Assembly (NCBI GenBank): GCA_946486465.1
Contig: CAMLTY010000001.1
Span: forward strand, 6,679 to 70,678
Length of the DNA: 64,000 nt
Source of the DNA: an uncultured Mycoplasmatota bacterium
GTDB taxonomy: Bacteria; Bacillota_I; Bacilli_A; RF39; UBA660
Direction of reading: 5' to 3'
This document shows, piece by piece, positions 62,954-64,000 of the stretch. The notes beneath the pieces were generated by a model that worked only from the letters and a program-made list of their open reading frames with translations, was not told the origin of the DNA and searched no databases. Made by a program: the position numbers and the translations under genes. Position 1 is the first letter of the stretch, and the number at the start of each line of letters is the position of its first letter.

Positions 62954-63142
62954 AACAGAAAAAAGCAGAAATCCACAACTCTTGTGGAAAAATATAGTAT
63001 AATAAAATAAATTTTAACAACATGTGTATAACCCACCTGCTATTTTATGACAACTTATAAAAAATAATAATATATTAAAAATCTATGCTAAAGTTTCAAT
63101 TATAGTATATATCTTGAACATAGTAGAAGGAATGAAAATAAA

Positions 63143-64000
63143 ATGGAAACAGAAAAAATTAAAAAAAAGATACAAAAGATAATTTATGCCAAACATACAC
63201 AACCACACGAATGTAGAAAAGCTATTTATTTGTTAAATAAATTAAAAGAAGAGGGAATAGATAATAAATATTATGATTTAACAATGGCAAAAATATTATT
63301 AAAATTTAATATTATAGCTGAAGCAAAATATTTCTTAACGAATATGATTGACAATGGATATGAACAAGCTAGTACATATTATCACCTTTATAAAATTGAT
63401 GTGTTAGAAGGTAATTTTGAAGATGCTTATTTGGATTTATTCCAATATAAAGAAAAGTATCAAAGTAAAAAAGTAGAAATAAGTCTACCACTAACAATGT
63501 TAGAAATTATTCTGGATTTAGAAAGAGAACCTTTGTTATATTTTAAAACAGATTACCAAATAGCTTTAACAAATCAATTATATGAGTACAAATTTCTAGA
63601 TAAAACCGCTTTAGAAACATATCATAAGGCAATAATAACTTTAAATAATCGTGATTATACCGAGTTAATAGTAGAATTACAAAAATTGAATGACATAGTT
63701 GATGACAAAAATATGTCAGTTGATATAGAGAAAATATTACTATTAGCAGTAAAATTAAAAGAAGAAGTTAAGGATGTCTATATACAAATTACTAATGGAA
63801 GAAATGATATTATAAATAAATTAATAGATAGTCCAAATAATGCTGAAGAAACATATTTAATGATTAAAAGGTTAGATATAAAACAACAACTAATAATTAT
63901 AGATAAAATGATTAAACAAGATCTTGAAACTGCTACCAAATTATTAGAAGAACTATCTCATAAATCAGTAAATTATCAACCTCAAATACGATATTTAAAA
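63143..64000 (+). CDS. Hypothetical alpha-helical (possibly TPR-like) protein, 5' partial, runs off the window end
   Basis: ATG 63143 after gaaggaatgaaaataaa; the frame stays open for 286 codons to the window end; occupies the slot where uvrA would normally follow uvrB. Confidence 0.45.
   Translation, partial: METEKIKKKIQKIIYAKHTQPHECRKAIYLLNKLKEEGIDNKYYDLTMAKILLKFNIIAEAKYFLTNMIDNGYEQASTYYHLYKIDVLEGNFEDAYLDLFQYKEKYQSKKVEISLPLTMLEIILDLEREPLLYFKTDYQIALTNQLYEYKFLDKTALETYHKAIITLNNRDYTELIVELQKLNDIVDDKNMSVDIEKILLLAVKLKEEVKDVYIQITNGRNDIINKLIDSPNNAEETYLMIKRLDIKQQLIIIDKMIKQDLETATKLLEELSHKSVNYQPQIRYLK

Noticed and set aside
1-64000. Alternative genetic code (UGA read as Trp, Mollicutes-like) given the very low GC
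   Set aside because: Trp is encoded by TGG throughout, and TGA acts as a stop, including at the regulated prfB frameshift site
1-64000. rRNA, tRNA genes or CRISPR arrays
   Set aside because: No GC-rich structured stretch and no regularly spaced direct repeats. The only repeats are the 22-bp tandem duplication at 779-822, the IS inverted and direct repeats, and the three-copy palindrome

Overview
This is an AT-rich (roughly 28-30% GC), standard-code, low-GC Firmicute chromosome segment from the origin-proximal region. It opens with the 3' end of mnmG, then rsmG, a Noc/ParB-like gene, parA(soj) and parB(spo0J). The backbone that follows has Bacillus-like synteny: ychF, rpsF-ssb-rpsR, a DHH phosphoesterase, rplI, the replicative helicase, an M23/LysM peptidase, yycJ-like, rlmH, ung, a PBP1, DUF1934-argS, rpoE, prfA-prmC-spoIIR-mntP, fba-murA, rpmE, rpiB, spoIIQ-mbl, tagO, hpf-secA...prfB (with its programmed +1 frameshift), tandem yitT paralogs, ftsEX plus a coiled-coil M23 peptidase, csaA, uvrB. 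Sporulation genes (spoIIR, spoIIQ, gerQ) indicate a spore-forming Erysipelotrichia/Bacilli-like organism. Accessory content is interleaved with this backbone. The most notable item is a complete agr-type cyclic-peptide quorum-sensing locus: an AgrA-like LytTR regulator and AgrC-like kinase on the + strand, convergent with agrB and a 39-aa agrD pro-peptide (core CVWWC) that is missing from the ORF track. Other accessory content: an intact ISL3 insertion with 8-bp target duplications; a heterodimeric ABC exporter whose first subunit is broken by in-frame stops, next to an MFS transporter and a cytoplasmic class-A beta-lactamase-fold protein; a type-I-toxin-like 31-aa hydrophobic ORF with an SD-sequestering hairpin in a 530-bp gap before rpmE; a decayed RhuM-like pseudogene island between secA and prfB; a nonsense-disrupted ORF after ung; and a 22-bp palindromic motif (TCCACA-N5-TGTGGA) present three times. 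I found no rRNA, tRNA or CRISPR.
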